A stretch of 64,000 bases of DNA, from the NCBI RefSeq assembly GCF_036321535.1, contig NC_087447.1, forward strand, positions 44,828,001-44,892,000. The letters are read 5' to 3'. Below are positions 21,746-35,160 of this stretch, in pieces. Every line of letters begins with the position of its first letter. The stretch's first letter is position 1. The position numbers and the translations under genes were made by a program. Source of the DNA: Camelus dromedarius. Taxonomy: Eukaryota. Below the pieces are notes generated by a model. That model searched no databases and was not told the DNA's origin. It saw nothing but the letters and a program-made list of their open reading frames with translations.

Positions 21746-23773
21746 TAGACTTCCAAGATTAGCACATGAGTAGTTTTCTAGGGAGAGCTGGGGCAAGAGT
21801 CATCTGTTCCTGGGAGGAGTTCAGGTGACTTTGGGATTGGCAGGTGGTCCTAGGATTGCTGAATGGGGATATATAGAAAGAGCTGCAATTATTTGGCAGT
21901 GGATGGTGATCCCTCACCCACCAAAGGAGGAGAGGTGCTCTTGGGAGGTGGGAGCAGTGGGCTGAGAGCCATGAAGGAGAGGGTTGGGAAAAAGTACCCT
22001 TGATGCCACCACATTCAAACGGTCCCAAGAGGACACTAACAGCACTTCTGGCTTACACATGCCTATCCTGGGCACTAACTGTTTGTATAATGATTGTTCA
22101 TAAGATAAATCACAGACCCCTTAAGCCCAACAACATTGAAGTTATTAAATTCTTGCAAATCTGCTATATTCTGCATTTCCCACTCTCTAGTAATGCAGGA
22201 AGTATTGGGGGATATCACTGACTTTGTCTCTAGAAATTTTCCTTTGTTGGTCTCCCAGGCTCCAGTCCAACATTATAGGAGCTCTCTGACCGCATATTGA
22301 CGGGTGATCTGGCTGGTCTTTGCCTGTGACACTGGCCATTAGAGGAGGGGTTCTAGCAATACACCTGTGACCTTGTGGGGCTATTACCTCAGAGGTGGAT
22401 GCCAGCCCTCTGGAGGTAGTAGAGGTGGAGCGGGAGGAAGAGGGGAGGCTTATTAGATCTCACAGTGGCTTCTGGACTGGCATGAAAATAGGATAGGAGG
22501 GCTCCACTTGGGGACTGACCCCCTGATTTTCTCACTTTGTCTAATGTAGCTGCCACCACACCTGCTGTAGAACAGGTTTCTGAGAGATCAGCTGTGTCTG
22601 TGTGGGCCTGATCTATGGTTTTCTGCTTACAGTGACCAATGAGCAACAAGACATGAGAGTGATGATCTATTTACACAGTAGATTACAGACCAGAAAATCT
22701 TGGGTCCTAGTGGTGCCACTCAACACTGAATCCTCTTCTAGAAAACTCCTAAGGCAAATTCTCAATTGTCAAGTCTCTATTCCCAAGTCAGTGTGAGTCC
22801 CCTCTGTGACCAGTAACACCACTGTAGCCCAGGCTTCATATTCCCTCGGTTTCTGGAGTGACAGAGGGACTTCATATCTCCATTCTCCTATGGAGATGTG
22901 GAGGAAGTCATGGAACCACCGCACCATTCTGTCTTCCGGCTTCACCTCCCCCTTCCATCTGGACTTCCCAGTCCTTCCATGAGAAGGTCCTTAATGGGGC
23001 ACTGGGAGTCCCCAAGCCCTAGGACAGTGGATGTTCTGACACTTAGGCTGTAGATTTGGGAGAGGAGCGATTCTCCTTCTGTTATAATAGGATCCTATAG
23101 AAGTCAGGTTCTAATAGGGGTATGAAATAGGTCAGATCTAGTTTTTAACAATTTTCCTGTAATATTGTCTGCTCTCCTTATTCATTAACCCTTCCTCTGA
23201 AGCTGGGTCAGCCCTTTGACCATATTTAGCAGTGACGCTATTGCTCTCCTCTGTGCCGAGGACACAGTTCTCATCCTTGTCTCCCAGGCAACACTGTAAG
23301 ACAGAAAGATTAGGTTGGGACCCTGAAACTCCCCTTAACTTATCCAATCATTCTTTCCTTCAATGTGAGGCATGGAAGAGGCATTTTTTTTGACTAAGCC
23401 TCTCTGAACACTGTTGGCTAGTGAGAGCCATGCTGAGATGGTCTCCTAAAGACCTAGCACGGGATGAGGGGTTTCCTCTGAAGGCTCTCTTGCACTTAGA
23501 GGGGGACTTCTGAATTGACTAACTTTGTTGGGGCCACTTTTCAAGAAGTTAATTCTCTGAAGTTCTTTTTTGAGGTAATAGGTAGCACCTTTATCTTTTC
23601 CCATCATTGCCTCCCTTCCTCTAGGCTCACGTTGCATGGCTGACTCTTACAACCAGGAAAAGTGCTGTATCATCCATAGCAAACATTATTAAAGAGTATA
23701 TGCAAGCACAGTAATATGAATGGGGAAACAGCCTCTCTTATTACATCCAAACAGCCACTGAAGCCCATGTCCT

Positions 23774-23967
23774 TGTGTGTGTGTGTGTGTGTGTGTATGT
23801 CTCCTCTCTGTCCCCACTGCAGTATGTCCTTTTTTATACCCCACAAATTTATCTCAGAATATTGCAGCAGCTTCATAGCTGATACTTGTGTCTCTAATAT
23901 GCTTCTTTGTATTTTCTTGGTCATATTTTATTTGAGAAGTGGCTTTTGTGTGTGTGTGTGTGTGTGT
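23774..23967. repeat. Two (TG)n microsatellites (~23774-23796 and ~23948-23967)
   Basis: Directly visible dinucleotide runs. Confidence 0.9.
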
Positions 23968-23979
23968 ACATGTGTGTAT

Positions 23980-25010
23980 AAAGAATAAGAACAAATGCAC
24001 ATGTGTCAGCACATCCAGAACTGACAATTACTAACATTTCGTCCAACTTGCTTTTAGCTCCTTTTTAATAAAGGCAATAAAAATTACAGATAAAATTGAA
24101 GTCTCTTTTATCTCCCATAGTGTTTGATTCTCCCCTTAGAGATAGTAATTATCCTGAATTTAGTGTATCTTTCTAATTCAGTTTTTAATGCTTTTGCTAG
24201 TTGGTACTTTTAAATATTTACATAGATTATTGCCTACTGTATACAGAAAGTTATGTGTTGAACTCTATTTATTCAGAGATACAGATCTTTGTCATCCCTT
24301 TAAATTGCTATATAGTTTTACAGCATATGATTAGGCCAAATATAATTCATTTATTGATGTACTTAAAACTGTTTCTGATTATTTTGCTCTGCATACTGCT
24401 ATTAACATCTTTACACATGTGTCCATTTTCAAATGTATGAAAGATTCTCTATAGTGTACCTCTAGAAGTGGAATTGCTGGATCATAAGATACGCACATTT
24501 TCACCTTTAGCTGATAATTGTTAAATTGCTCTTCAAAATAGTTCGTTTGTGTAGTCCCCCCAGCAGTTTGAGAGATACTTTTTTTGACATCCTTGACGCA
24601 TCATATGATCATACATACATTTTAATGCATCTGATTTATAAGAAATATTAGCTCACTATTTTAATGTCATTTTTCATACATTTTCATGTATTGGTCATTT
24701 AAATTTCCTCTTCTGTAAATTGCCTGATCATTTTCTTCGTCTATTTTTCTATTCAGTTGTCTTTTAAATCCCTGTATTTTTTCTAGACATCTCTATATAT
24801 TCAAGATACTAAACTTTCGTTTTATATTGAAAATATAACCTTCCATTCTGTTAATTATCTTTTAATTTTATTTATGGTGTCATTTGTCTTACAATAAACT
24901 TGAATTTTAATAAAAAATCTCATCAAGGCCATATGCTTTTGTTTATTATTTAATAAGTTCTTTTCTACCCTGAGATTGTAAAGATACTATTTTTATAGTG
25001 TATACACATT
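23980..25010 (-). mobile_element. Old degenerate L1 (L1ME/L1MC-like)
   Basis: AT-rich with L1-like motifs such as AGAAGTGGAATTGCTGGATCATA. Confidence 0.55.
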
Positions 25011-25024
25011 TATATGTTTAATTC

Positions 25025-25852
25025 ATTTTTATTGAAGTATAGTTGATTTACAATGTTGTGTTAGTTTCTGGTGTACAGCATAGTGATTCAGTTAAACAAA
25101 TAATATGTATATATTCTTTTCCATCATAGGTTATTATAAGATATTGAATGTAGTTCCCTGTGCCATACAGTGGGACCTTGTTGTTTATCTATTTTATATA
25201 TAGTAGTTTATATCTGATGATCCCCAACTCATAATTTATCCCTCCCTTTTGGTAATCATAAGTTTGTTTTCTATATTGGTGAGTCTGTTCCTGTTTTGTA
25301 AATAAGTTCATTTGTATCACTTTTTAAGATTGCATATATAAATGATACCATATGATATTTATCTTTGTCTGACTTACTTCACTTAGTATGATAATCTTTA
25401 GGTCCATCCATTTGCTGCAAAAGGCATTATTTCATTCTTTTCTGTGGTTATCTTTTTTATCCAGTCATCTGTCGATGGGCATTTAGGTTGCTTCCATGTC
25501 TTGGCTATTGTAAATAGTGCTGCTATGAACATTGAGGTGCATGTATTTTTTTGAATTAAGTTTCCCTCTGGATATATGCTCAGGAGTGGGATTGCTGGAT
25601 CATATAGTAAGTCTATTTTTGGTCTTTTGAGTAATCTCCATACTGTTTTCCATAGTGGCTATACCAAACTACACTCCCACCAACAGTGTAGGAGGGTTCC
25701 CTTTTCTCCACAGCCTCTCCAACATTTCTCGTCTGTGGACTTCTGAATGACGGCCATTCTGACTGGTGTGAGGTGATACCTTATTGTAGTTTGGATTTGC
25801 ATTTCTCTGATAATTAGTGATATTGAGCATTTTTTCATGTGCCTATTGGCCA
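25025..25852 (-). mobile_element. LINE-1 3' end fragment (ORF2 C-terminus plus 3'UTR)
   Basis: ORF 25659..25853 encodes the L1 ORF2 C-terminus ([10 protein letters not shown]...HCWWEC). Typical L1 3'UTR end TATTGAAGTATAGTTGATTTACAATGTTGTG. Confidence 0.9.
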
Positions 25853-28031
25853 TAATTGTGTAAAAATTTTAATCAACTTTTCATTTATTGTCTCATTTTT
25901 TCTTGAGTGACTGACCCTAGTGGCTGACTAAGATTCTCCCTCTCAGCTCCCTTAATCTATGTTTCTGGACTGAGTCTGAACACTTTGACATGTTCATCCG
26001 AGGGGGCTTTTGTCTTCCCTCCTTATCAGCTATTTCATCTCTCCAAATCTCTATTTTCTCATCTGCCAAATGGATACAATAATCATGCCTTATCTCACTG
26101 GATTGTTCTGAGAATTAAATGCAATAATTTATACTAAACCCTAACACCACGACAAGGATTTAGTAGGGCTCAACATCAGCTGTTATTATGTTATTATTTT
26201 ATTGCTGGGATTTCTGTCACTGCTCTTATGCTGTGTCTTCCAATACTTTATGTGCATTTTGTCTGGAGCATTTTATCCCTAGAATTAGTGCTCCCTCTTG
26301 GCTCCCTTGACTCCCTTCTTGGAGAAGGGTTTTCATTTCTCCTTTGATTCATGGACCAAAGGGGAACTGATCCCAGGGGTGACTCTAACACCTGACTCCA
26401 GAAGAAGGAAGCAGATGGCTTCTCAGTTTCTAAATATAAGCACCCTGTACAGAGCAGGAGTAGTGACAACCCTCATGCCAACATGGTCAGTCTCCAGCTT
26501 TCTCTTTCCTTCTCATTCCTCTTTCCTCAGAACAAGCAAAGTTTCTAGCTGTTTTCTGACACTTTCTCAACCCCTCATCTGATACTGTAATGTTATAGGT
26601 GAATTTAAGGGCGTTGACGGTGGTAGAGGGAGGGATTGGCAAGAGTGCATGTATGCGTGTGTGTATGTGTGTTTGTGTGTATTTAAGAGTATCAGTAAAG
26701 GACAAAGATGAGCTGGGACGGAGGAAATGTGGGAGAAGGACAAGTGGTCAGCGAGACAAAGGATGAGAGAGGGATTGCAGCATGACAGAGCTCAGGGTGG
26801 CAAGGGGTGTAGGCACTGAGGGAGATGTCAGTGGGACTAGGAGGTGGAAGTGGTTAGGAACGAGAATGCGGAAAGCGGCCAGGAAAAGTACCAGGAGAAC
26901 ACGGGGAAGAGAGACCTCTTGATAAAAGGTTTGAGGGCAGTTCATAAAGTAGTCAGAATTAGACTGTACCAGGACAAGGGATATCAGTGGGGGCTTTTCA
27001 GGAAAATGGCTCAGATTTTGATCATCATTTTGGAGAAACAAGCAAAGCTACTGGTGAAGGATTAATTGACTATTTCCATGATTCATTTGTTTAAACATTT
27101 CCTAAGTAATCTATGATGTGTGAGACACTGTGCTGAGTGCTGTGAACTCCCCAATCCCAAAGTGAGGAAAGCTCTTAAGGAAACTTCCTCCTGGTAATCT
27201 GGGTGTCAGTCTGGGTGTTTAAACTGGAAAAATCCTCCTCACTCAGTCTCCTATCCTGCATTTTACAGAACAGATTCAGAGGCTGGGAGAAGAGGTTGTG
27301 TCTTGGAGCTGGGGTCCTCCGTGTTTTTGCTGTCACATCATAAGAATATTATGATGATATTTACACATGATACACCACCATATGCTTACCCAAATGTTGA
27401 CAGAATCCACAAAGTGTTTATAGGGAGTGAAACAAATGGGTTGATGGACATTTTTCTTGAGATGTTTAGATTTATTAAAAAAATATGAGTTGCTATTAAG
27501 GGTATGCCAGTGAATTAAGACTATCTCAGTGCCTCTGCAGCATAAATAATACTGGCTTTAGATTATGAAAGCATTTTACATGCTGGCTTTAAGTGCACAT
27601 GAACAGGAGTGAGGCTATTAGAGGGATAAATCTGAATTTGTTCCAATTTATTAAAAGGATAAGCCATTTACAAATTTTGGTACTTTATATACTGTTAGAA
27701 ACAAACTTCTCATGACACATCTCACAACTAATGCTTCCATATATTGTACTGCTAACATAGGTCCACTTTTATAATCTGGGGTTGGGGTGGGGAGCAGGCT
27801 GTTTCATCTATTAGGGACATAGCTTCAGTGTGTAGAGTCTGTGCATTTAAAAGAACCTAAGAGTGGTGAAAAACACTTGAGATGTGAAACACAAGTACAA
27901 GAAAAATGGCAAAATGAAATTAATACTTGTTTAAATAAGTTGCTAGATAATACAACTAGGCAAAAAGTAACTGACTCAACTCCTATATATTTAACTAGCA
28001 ATTCTATCTAATGTGGCTTGTGTGTGCATTT

Positions 28032-28174
28032 AAAAAATATTTTTATTTATTATCATATTGTTTAATTATTTTATTTGGTGGTGGTGGGGAGGTAATTAGG
28101 TTTATTTTTGGAGGAGGTATGGGGGATTGAACCCAGAGCCTCGAACATCTACCACTTGAGCTATACCCTCCCCC
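28032..28174 (-). mobile_element. Vic-1-type SINE with internal deletion
   Basis: Reverse complement shows the A and B boxes and the same tail. Flanking direct repeat TGTG(T/G)GTGCATTT at 28019 and 28175. Confidence 0.8.
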
Positions 28175-28626
28175 TGTGGGTGCATTTTACTATGTCGTTA
28201 TGATGTTGAGAGAGTCTTCCAAAATTAAGATGCATAAAGATGTAAAAGGCTTTTACATAACTCTCTAGAGAGGGAATGGGCATAAACAAAAAAGAGTTGG
28301 GTGGGACTCACTGGGAGAAAAGAAGACACTAGAGAATAAAAGAGTCTGGTCAGGGGCTGCAAGGGAGAAATGACTTCCCTTGTCCTTAGCCTGGACTGAA
28401 TCTTCCCCATGATTCCCTCTCCTAGTTCTCCTTGGTTCTAGAGCTGAAGCTATGACTCCCATCACACTGCCATGTCCCCGGGAATTCTGTAAATGAGTCC
28501 CACAGTTTAGAGACCCACGCTGTCTTTTGTGATCTCTGCACATACTCACAGGTGCTTTCTTTTTCTCTCCCTTTCAGCAGATTCATCAGCTTCTAAGTCA
28601 TCACAGAGAGGACCCTAAAGTGCATC

Positions 28627-29595
28627 ATGACTCACACCAACTTTACCATCTTCCACCCTGCAGTTTTTGTCTTACTGGGCATCCCTGGGTTGGAGGCTTA
28701 TCACATTTGGCTGTCACTACCCCTCTGCCTCATGTATATCACTGCAGTCCTGGGGAACAGCATCCTGATCGTGGTCATCATCATGGAACGTAACCTTCAT
28801 GAGCCCATGTACGTCTTCCTCTCCATGCTGGCCATCACCGACATCCTGCTGTCCACCACTACTGTCCCCAAGGCCCTAGCCATCTTTTGGCTCCATGCTC
28901 ATGACATTGCCTTTGATACCTGCGTCACCCAAGTTTTCTTTGTTCACATGATGTTTGTGGGGGAGTCAGCCATCCTGTTAGCCATGGCCTTTGACTGCTT
29001 TGTGGCCATTTGTACCCCCCTGCATTATGCAACAATGCTAACGTGGCCTGTTGTGGGAAGGATTGCTCTGGCCATTGTCACCCGAAGTTTCTGCATCATC
29101 TTCCCAGTGATCTTCTTGCTAACGCGGTTGCCTTTCTGCCGGACCAACATCATCCCCCATTCTTACTGCGAGCATATTGGAGTGGCCCGCTTGGCCTGTG
29201 CTGACATTACCATTAACATCTGGTATGGCTTCTCAGTGCCCATCGTCATGGTCATCTTGGATGTGATCCTCATCGCTGTGTCTTACTCACTGATCCTCCG
29301 AGCAGTGTTCCATTTGCCCTCCCAGGATGCCCGGCACAAGGCCCTCAGCACTTGTGGTTCTCACCTTTGTGTCATCCTCATGTTTTATGTTCCATCCTTC
29401 TTTACATTATTGACCCATCGCTTTGGACGGAACATACCTCAGCATGTCCATATTGTGCTGGCCAATCTTTATGTGGTGGTGCCGCCAATGCTCAACCCCA
29501 TTGTCTATGGTGTGAAGACTAAGCAGATCCGGGAGGGGGTCGCCCACCGGTTCTTTAACATCAAGGCTTGGTGTTGTGCTCCTGCTCTGGGCTAA
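28627..29595 (+). CDS. OR52B2: Olfactory receptor 52B2 (class I, 322 aa); open ORF but DR->DC substitution in TM3
   Basis: LHEPMY, MAFDCFVAIC, HSYCEHIGVARLAC, KALSTCGSH and PPMLNPIVYGVKTKQIR motifs. Tandem CAGCAG acceptor at 28575-28580 upstream. Confidence 0.9.
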   Translation: MTHTNFTIFHPAVFVLLGIPGLEAYHIWLSLPLCLMYITAVLGNSILIVVIIMERNLHEPMYVFLSMLAITDILLSTTTVPKALAIFWLHAHDIAFDTCVTQVFFVHMMFVGESAILLAMAFDCFVAICTPLHYATMLTWPVVGRIALAIVTRSFCIIFPVIFLLTRLPFCRTNIIPHSYCEHIGVARLACADITINIWYGFSVPIVMVILDVILIAVSYSLILRAVFHLPSQDARHKALSTCGSHLCVILMFYVPSFFTLLTHRFGRNIPQHVHIVLANLYVVVPPMLNPIVYGVKTKQIREGVAHRFFNIKAWCCAPALG

Positions 29596-30299
29596 TGGCT
29601 CCCCTTGAATCCCAACTCCCAGCTTTATCAAGGAAACTACGTGAATCACAGAGATTTTCTGGACTGAGAGCTTTTCCTTCTCTTCCTCTCTCTCTTCCTT
29701 CTTCCTCTTCCTGCAACTTTTCTTTTTCTCTCTTCTGGATCATCTTCTTTGCCTCTCATGTTTCTCTACTTTTTGTCTTCTCTTCTTAAATCCCTCCCCC
29801 ACAACCCAGAAATAATAACTAGGTGTGTATGGCTTTGACATGAGCATTTAGTATCCTCTGTACTCCAGAAATACAGGGAGCTGAACACCACATGAAGTGA
29901 GTTATGCACAAATAGGTAAAAAAAATTTACATTTAAGAACAAAAGGGATTCCCATTTTTTAATCCCAAAATGTGCATTGATTCTTTGTACAGACTCCAGT
30001 AGCTCTCCATTCACTTCTATGATGGCAGGTGTTTTTGAAAAACAGCCACTCATGCCCTTTAGCCATCTGGAAAATTCCTGTTTATTCTACAAATTTCAGT
30101 TCAAGAACTGTCTTTCCTGAGAAGTCTTTCCTGGTTTTTCCAGACATTCCTAGGTTCCTACCTTTGTATGTCTGTTGTGTCTTTTACAGATCTCAAAAAA
30201 TATGTAATGAGTTATGACAGGCTGTTTATTTGTGCCCCTAATTGACTATAAGCTCCTTGGAATCAGAAGAGTGTATGTCATATTTGAGAAGAAGGGATA

Positions 30300-30432
30300 T
30301 TAGCTGAACCTATTGTGGTAATCATTTCACAGTGTATGCAGATCAAACCATGACGCTATATGCCTTAAACTTATACAGTAATGTATGTCAATTATTTCTC
30401 AATAAAACTGGCAAATAAATAAATAGAAAAAA
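30300..30432 (+). mobile_element. Short L1 3'-terminal fragment (L1MC-like)
   Basis: TATTGTGGTAATCATTTCACAG...TGTCAATTATTTCTCAATAAAACTGG followed by an A-rich tail. Confidence 0.7.
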
Positions 30433-32138
30433 AGAAGCATGTGTGTCATTCACATTTGGACTCTCAGTACATCACAAAATGCATGGAACGTAATCAATGT
30501 TTGAAAAATAAATGAAAGCACAATTACCTCCCTCAAGATAGAACAGGCATCGCTATCAAGCACTTAAATGATCAGCTAAATTAGTCCACAAACCCAGTGA
30601 TTAGTAAACCAATTTCTCACAAAGCTAGCTTGGCGTCATGGTGGCAAATAAGCTGCTGATTGCAGGACTTCTTACTTTGTACGTCTTTGCTGTATCTCAG
30701 AGACTGGGGAAAGACAAGAGTAGGAGGAAACAGGGTACTCTTGGTTTTCTGTTCTATCAGGCTTCTGACTATCCTCAACATTAGGAATTATAGCACACTG
30801 TTTCTGACCAGGTAAGCAAAATTGGAGTAGTTTCTTGGAGTTCACATTTTGACCCTTACTCTTACATGCTTTTTCAGCACAAAAAAGCTCATTTCCTTAG
30901 CCACTGCCTACATTAAATGAGTCCCCCATCTCTCTGTCCTAGAGTTCTTTTGAGTTTTAGATATGCAAATCCAGATATCAATTGGTTATCTCCTCCAGGA
31001 TATAGAACTCCCACTCATGGGAGCTTTTCTTCCTGTTCCTGTTCCTTTTCTTGGGAACTTGAGTTCTGTGAGGGCAAAGATTATGTCTCATTCATAATTA
31101 CAATTCCAGCAAATAACATAGGGTTCAATATGTATATTTATGGATGGACTAATTTAAAATGCTGGTGATGTGGTTGACCTCTGTACTCTTTGCTGGTAAA
31201 TATTACCTAATTTTATGACTGAAAATCACCTGGACACCCCCCCACACCCCCACCCCCACACACCACTTAGCTCCTTCAGAGCTACTATCTCGTCTATATT
31301 TCTGCAGGTTTCTATGTACATTGAGGTCTAGCAAGTATAGGAAGGGCTTTAATATTCTATGTACTGATTAGCAGCAACTAGTTGCATTAACCCACTCTGT
31401 GTCCACAGGTTAGACAGAGATATGGAGTCCTTAGCAGGTGCAACTTGTACAGGCTGCTTCAGGCAGGACATAGATTACCCACCCTCTCTGGTTCCTGAGT
31501 CAGTGATCTCTGGAGACTGGTCCTTCGGGGGTCTGATTCTGTTCAATTAAGTGGGATGGTCCCTAAAGACTAAGTAAGGTAGAAGTGCTCTCCTTACCCA
31601 AGGGATTCCTGATGAGGTATAAACACTATCCTGTTTTGCTCCAGAGTTCTGCAACTGGCAGCTTCTTTCACATGTTAGGGAAGAAATTTCTCTTGAACTG
31701 AGGTAAGGGAATAAATGGGAAGGGAAATCTAGGAAGGGAATAAAAGTTTGGTTCCTGGGAATTTTAGATTTTCCTGGAATAAACTCAATAAACTGTTGAT
31801 TCAGACACGATCTTCTTGAGTCCTCTGTATAATGTAGTATAAGTATACACTGTCCAGTGTGTACGGCTTGACATCTTGAACTGTTGCAGACATTTCTGCT
31901 ATGCAGAGCTGGGACAATGGCTAATTTCTCCCCTTAGAATATTAAAGTGGGTTAAAAATATTGTAACAATTGAAAAGTAGGTAGAGTAAAACTCACAGCT
32001 TAAAGTTGAAATGTATTATTTATATGAAAATTAGAATGTATTATAATTTTACTGATTTTAATGGAAGAAACCCATAAATAATATTTTCAAAATAAAATTT
32101 TGGGCAAATCTAACCATTAAAACCACATAAAACTTGTA

Positions 32139-32384
32139 CAAGTGGTCCTTGAACAACACAGGTTTGAACTGAGTGGGTCCACTTATACACAGATTTTGTT
32201 TTTCAATAGTAAATACTACAGTACTACACCATCTGTGGTTAGCTGAATGTATCTCATTCATCATTATAGTTCTAGCAGATACAGAACCACCAATACGGAG
32301 GGTCCACTGTAAAGTTATACACAGATTTTCTACTATCTGGAGGGTTGGTGCCTTTAACACCCTGCATTGTTCAAGGGTCAATGA
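32139..32384. mobile_element. MER8 (Tigger-derived MITE), followed by a MER96B-like hAT remnant to ~32620
   Basis: TIRs CCTTGAACAACAC / TTGTTCAAGGGTCAA and internal AATAGTAAATACTACAGTACTAC. Confidence 0.8.
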
Positions 32385-34139
32385 TATATAAAGGGCTCTC
32401 GTTTTTCCTTTTGCCTTGGGTTGCAATATGGTCCAGTATAGCCCTATCAACCCTATCTTTGTTTAAAATTTTGATATTTTGTTCATTGTGACAGTTTGTG
32501 GCAATTTGCTTAATCTTTATTTAAAGACAGATTATATTAAAATATTATTTATCTTGCTTACGGAGGTTTTTGGTACCTTCTTAAATTTTGTACCCACTCA
32601 TCTCACCTTAACCCTGACCCTGGGAGAGTCAACACCTGGAAGGCAGACCTGAGAGTCATAAAGAAATGGAAATCTGGATGATGTCTTGAATCTTTAGATA
32701 AATCTGATACTAGAAACATAATTTTCAATTTCAGGAACAAAGACATTCTTTTTTCTCAAGCCAAACTAAGGTTGGATGTTCTGCTACTTATAATGTAAAA
32801 TGTCCTAACTGATACACACAGAGAAAAAAATTATTTTAAGCATTGAAATCTTCAATTTGCTTTTTTACTTAACTGTATGCTATGGCTATTACTCCTTTTC
32901 TAAAAAACGGAAGCAAAACATTCCATTGTAATATATGTACCATAATTTATTTATTATCCTATTAATGGATATGGAAATTGTAATAATTTCTTTTACTATT
33001 GCAACAGTGTAGCAATGAATACCCTTAAAGATATATTTGTTTTCATGCAATGCCACCAGCGCTAGGGGCTAAATTTTAAAAAATGTTTTCCAATATGATA
33101 GGAAAACTATGATATTTTAATATGACACTGATTTTCATTTCTTTACATTTTGAACATCTGTTCAAACATCTGTATATGAATGAATATTGGCCATTTATTT
33201 TTCTTGTAGTGTGAATTTCCTATTTTGATTCTTTGCACATTTTCTAATTTTTCCATGTTCATTTATAGAAACTTAGTATTTAAGGATATTACCCTTTAGT
33301 CTGTTATATGCTTTGTAATTTTTTTCTCCTAGGATTTTTATTTATCCTTGACTACATTTTTGCATAATAATATCATTCAATTGTTACTGTTCATGAAATA
33401 TGGTTTTCTTATCTCAGGAAGAGCTTTCCAACCCCAACATACTTTTCTATATTTCTAAGGACTTCATTTTAATTTTTAATATTTAATATTGTGGTTAAAA
33501 AATAATGTGCATCTTTAATTTATTTGGAATTTTATTTTTTTACTGAGTAAGGTGGAAACTAATTTTATTCTCTTAAAAAATAATGTAGTCCAACATCCAA
33601 ATGCCATTAATTGAGTTGGTCTTCCTTTCCTCACTAAATTAAAATGCTACTTTATTACATTTTAAATTCCAAGTATAGTAGTTTCTGGGCTCTTTATTAA
33701 GTTTACTTTATTAAGTTTAATCAGTGTACTGTTTCACTGAATAACAATAACTAGTGTTTATTTAGTCTTTCTATGCCAGGCACTATATTAGGCTGTTTAT
33801 ATAACATTTAATTTAATCCTTGCAAAATAAGAATGAATAGTTCATCTCCTCAGAAAAGGCTACATTTTTTGAGAAGTGAAAAACTTGCTTTTTGTCAATA
33901 ATCAGAAAGTTGGAAAACCAGAATTTGAACCTTGGGAAGGCTTCCCATATGAGAAATATTTAGTTTGTGACTTAAGATCAATAGGATTTTTAATATTGAA
34001 GGTAGAAAAGTACGTTCCAGATTAAGAGAAACGCTTGAGCAAAGGTCATGAAGGTTGGAAAACTCAGATTTTGTGTGGAGAATGGATGGCGGTGTAATTC
34101 AGCTTTGCGAGAGTGTCTAAAGGGATTGAAAGATGGAGA

Positions 34140-35160
34140 AGAGAGAGCCTGCGGGCGGGCGGGCCGCGGAAGGAGAGCGCTGAGGAGCGCGGCGGCCGCT
34201 CGCTGGCCCGGGGGTCCGAGGCCTGAGGTGCTTGCCGGAGACGCGGGGAGCGCCTGCGGCGGAGGCTTCCGACGGAGGGCCGCGCGCGACGGCGTCCCTG
34301 GCGGGCCCCGAGCGCGGTGGGCGGGGCCCGGCAGTCCGCGGTGACCTCAAGGGTCCTCCTGCGCGACCCAGGCGCCGCGAGGAGCAGGCCCTTGGGACGA
34401 GGCCTCCTCCACCTTCCCGTCTCGTCGGTTACGGCTTTACCAGCTTCGCCGTCAAATGCGAGGACCGAGGAAGTCGGCTTCCTGGACCAAGGAATCGTGA
34501 GGAAGGTGCGTGTAGAGTTTAAGGTTTAAGTTTAAGGCTGTGCAGCGACTTCCGTATTCCTGGCTCCACCTCCTGGCCTTCTGACCTGTCGAGCAAGTTA
34601 CTTAAGCCCCCTGAAGCTCGGCCGTGTAGCTGTAGAACGCGGGTAGTAATAGTGCCTGCTTTATGAGACGGCCGAGGGAACGGATCGGGCTCTCCCGTGG
34701 GTACCGCGCCCGAGAGCCAGCCCGTGGCCGTCCGCGCTGTGACTGGGCGGCGGGGCTCAGCCGCCGCCCTTCCTCTGGCTCGCGTGCTGGAGCCCCACGA
34801 GTGGAAGTGTGGGGAAGGAAAAAGACTCAGCTCTTGGCAGAGGAGCGAGAAGTAGCTAGCTGGTTCCAGGGGGGTCGTTTCTGTGTCTTCAGTGATAAGG
34901 TGACAGATGGACATTTGGTTCATGTCAGCCGACATTGCCCGCGCGGAGGGTGCTGAGAAGAGTCCGACTCCCTGGCTGTGCAGGAGCTGCCCCTGTACCA
35001 GTGCGGGTGAGGGACGTGGTCCCTTAACGAGGCCTGTGGGCGGGGGTGATGCGGAGAGTGCGGCGGAAAGCCAGACGAGGTGACAGTTGTGTGCAGCCCG
35101 CCAGACGAGGTGACAGTTGTGTGCAGCCGGCCGGGTCAGGGACGGCTTCCGAGCATTGAG
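34140..35160. promoter_or_regulatory. Orphan CpG island / candidate promoter
   Basis: Abrupt very GC- and CpG-rich kilobase (GGGCGG boxes, GCGCGCG) inside AT-rich OR-cluster DNA, with an AAG|GTGCGT donor at 34505/34506. Confidence 0.75.
35070..35128. repeat. 30-nt tandem duplication (GCCAGACGAGGTGACAGTTGTGTGCAGCC x2)
   Basis: Two directly adjacent near-identical copies starting at 35070 and 35100. Confidence 0.95.
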
